The position numbers were made by a program, and so were the translations under genes. From the NCBI GenBank assembly GCA_036172245.1, contig JAYWIR010000033.1, forward strand, positions 1,488,001 through 1,552,000: a stretch of 64,000 nt of DNA, given 5' to 3'. The notes beneath the pieces are model-generated. The model was not told the DNA's origin. It saw nothing but the letters and a program-made list of their open reading frames with translations, and did not search any database. Shown here one piece after another: positions 62,150 through 64,000 of this stretch (positions are counted from its first letter, which is position 1; each line of letters starts with the position of its first letter). This DNA comes from Raillietiella orientalis (taxonomy: Eukaryota).

Positions 62150-62700
62150 GAGCTCTTCGAGGTTCCCCTCCGGCTGCGGAAACGGAACCATCCATCGCAT
62201 ACCCTGGAGCTGCTTGACACCCCCTTTATGGGGGTCGCCTCTCCCTTCGGGGAGCAACCTTCAGAGAAATCAAGAAGCGTCCCTCAAGAGTTGTCTTCCG
62301 GGGGAGGAAACCAGGCGCAGTTCCCTTGCGGGTGCCTTCCGGTGAAGAAATTCCAGGAGTGGATGCTTTCCGGATCCCCTTCGGAGAAGAGACGAAGAGT
62401 CGCTCCCTCCGGGGGGTGAGAATAAGAAAGATACTCTCCTTCGAGGTTCTCCTTCCTAAGAAGTACTCCTTTCTCTGTAGCCTTCCCGGATCTATGGGGT
62501 GGTCCCTAAATCCAGGAAATCCGAAGGGTCAACACGCACCCTCTGGTGGCGTGGACAGCGCCATCGACAGATATTTTTCGGGATTTTTCTTAATCTTCTC
62601 CTCCCTCTTCAGTGCGCTCCACCAGTTGCACCTTGTCGGGTGCCACGACACCTGCCCATGGGATCCGATGACGGCCTTTCCACGCTGCTTTCTTCCTTCC
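62150..62700 (+). mobile_element. LINE APE endonuclease remnant
   Basis: Ordered degenerate motifs: LAGAF ~ GDFN; DLW..LNPG; DSAIDRYF ~ SRIDR; GSDD ~ SDH. Confidence 0.55.
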
Positions 62701-63104
62701 TTTAAACCGAAGAGCGAAGATTCCGCTGGCGCATCCTGACTTGGGCAAATCGATTTTTGTTAATGAGCTCGTTTTTAAAGCGTTGGTCGTTCCCTCTTAC
62801 CGACGAACGAGGCGTTTCGAAGGCTCAGACGCGCAGATGTTCCACCGCGCGGCACTCACGCACGCACAAAGGAAATCACGTGGTGCCTCTGCGCCCACGG
62901 CTGCGGAAGAAGACGTTGCATCCACCGTCTCCGTCCCCTTCTACTTAAAACGCTATCAGTCAGCTAAGCCTACCTTCCAAATAAATTTCACCCAAAAAAG
63001 AAAAAAAAAAAAGAAAACGGAAAGGAAGCAGGCGTTCCCATGGCAACGCAATCTCAACTCTTAGTGCCATATGTGGTTCTACTGGCTTTTCACAGATCGC
63101 TTTT

Positions 63105-63520
63105 GCCTTTCAATCAATCGTAGAGACTTTAATCCTTTCTATTAAAACGAAGTAATGGCGCACGATGAGTAGAGATTACTCGAGCAAATCCCCGTTCGGA
63201 TCTGGAATTGATGCACTTTTATAAATAAATCAATAATTGTATTAGGGAAGTCATGCGGACGTAACAATGCTCGCGGAGGAAGCGCCTCGGGCCTACGATT
63301 TATACGTATTTAAATCACTAATAAAGCGTATTGGGGTGAGCGAGGAATTACACGGAATAATTCGCTCGAATAATTGAATTTGTGATTCCGCGTGTTTCGT
63401 GCCGGGAGGGCAAGAGTTCCCGTGCCGCCGAGATCTGCATGATGAGGGAGGATTACGCCAAGAATTCCGAAGTTCCGAGGTAGAATTAAGCTGACAAGCG
63501 TCCATTACTCTAATAGAATC
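63105..63520. promoter_or_regulatory. Candidate enhancer: AT-rich homeodomain-site cluster
   Basis: TCAATCAATC (63110), TAATCC (63130), TAATGG, AGATTA, ATAAATCAATAATT, GATTTATA and GGATTA, all within GC-rich surroundings. Confidence 0.3.
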
Positions 63521-64000
63521 GATGGTTCCCCTCGCTCCCCCCCCCTCCTTCCCCTCGTCTCGAGCGGCTTGGAGACGTCCTGCTCTACGGAAAGCCGTGG
63601 GCCGGGAGACGCCCCGGAGCCACCGGAATGAGCGCGGAGTATGGATGGGTGAAGCGACAGAGGAGACGCGCAATCTGCGGACGGGCAGCAGCGCACCTCT
63701 GATTTTCTTTTTTTTTTTCTTCTGCACCGCAGGGGCTGGTCGATAACCATCCGCCTCACAGGTGTAAGCGCTCCGCCACTTCTCGCGCGACCTCGATGCG
63801 CGCGCGCGTTTTTCGTCTGCTCACGTACGTCGCGTGGTGGCAGATGGGGTCAGATTTCCAGATGCACGTGGACGCGGAGGAGACACGCCGTCCCTGAAAC
63901 GGACGGAACGCGGACTGCGACCTCCATCCCTTGCGGTGCGTGCGTCCTGGGTTTTGCTGACGCGTACGCGGCAACCAGTGTGCGCGCGCGCGCGGAAGCT

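Noticed and set aside
1..64000. CRISPR arrays, operons, prokaryotic defence systems, telomeric arrays, spliced-leader or U snRNA genes
   Set aside because: I saw no regularly spaced repeats or recognisable motifs. The sequence is intron-containing eukaryotic DNA.

Overview
This is eukaryotic (invertebrate metazoan) nuclear DNA, not prokaryotic. Most ORFs in the six-frame track are spurious products of high GC. Two spliced genes can be reconstructed exon by exon. (1) A SAPS-domain PP6 regulatory subunit gene (PPP6R/Sit4-associated family) lies on + at 15107-22418 with 13 coding exons and mostly 40-57 nt introns. It sits in an AT-rich, CpG-poor domain (~10-20 kb) that grades back to higher GC across its 3' exons. 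(2) A nuclear receptor of the NR2E3/PNR/Hr51 (unfulfilled/fax-1) group lies on - at ~35791-30531 in GC- and CpG-rich DNA. The 4.4 kb third intron of the PPP6R gene carries a compound mitochondrial insertion (NUMT): the 3' half of rrnL on + joined tail-to-tail to an inverted rrnS. A 188-bp near-identical direct repeat brackets PPP6R coding exons 1-3. The GC-rich flanks contain many decayed non-LTR retrotransposons: L1/Tx1-like endonuclease, RT and Zn-knuckle fragments, plus one R2/NeSL-type restriction-like-endonuclease fragment. They also hold a ~130-bp inverted repeat pair, a tRNA-like SINE head, purine/pyrimidine tracts and candidate homeodomain-site enhancers. I found no clearly new multi-gene system. 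The compound NUMT and the compositional domain are the most unusual signals.
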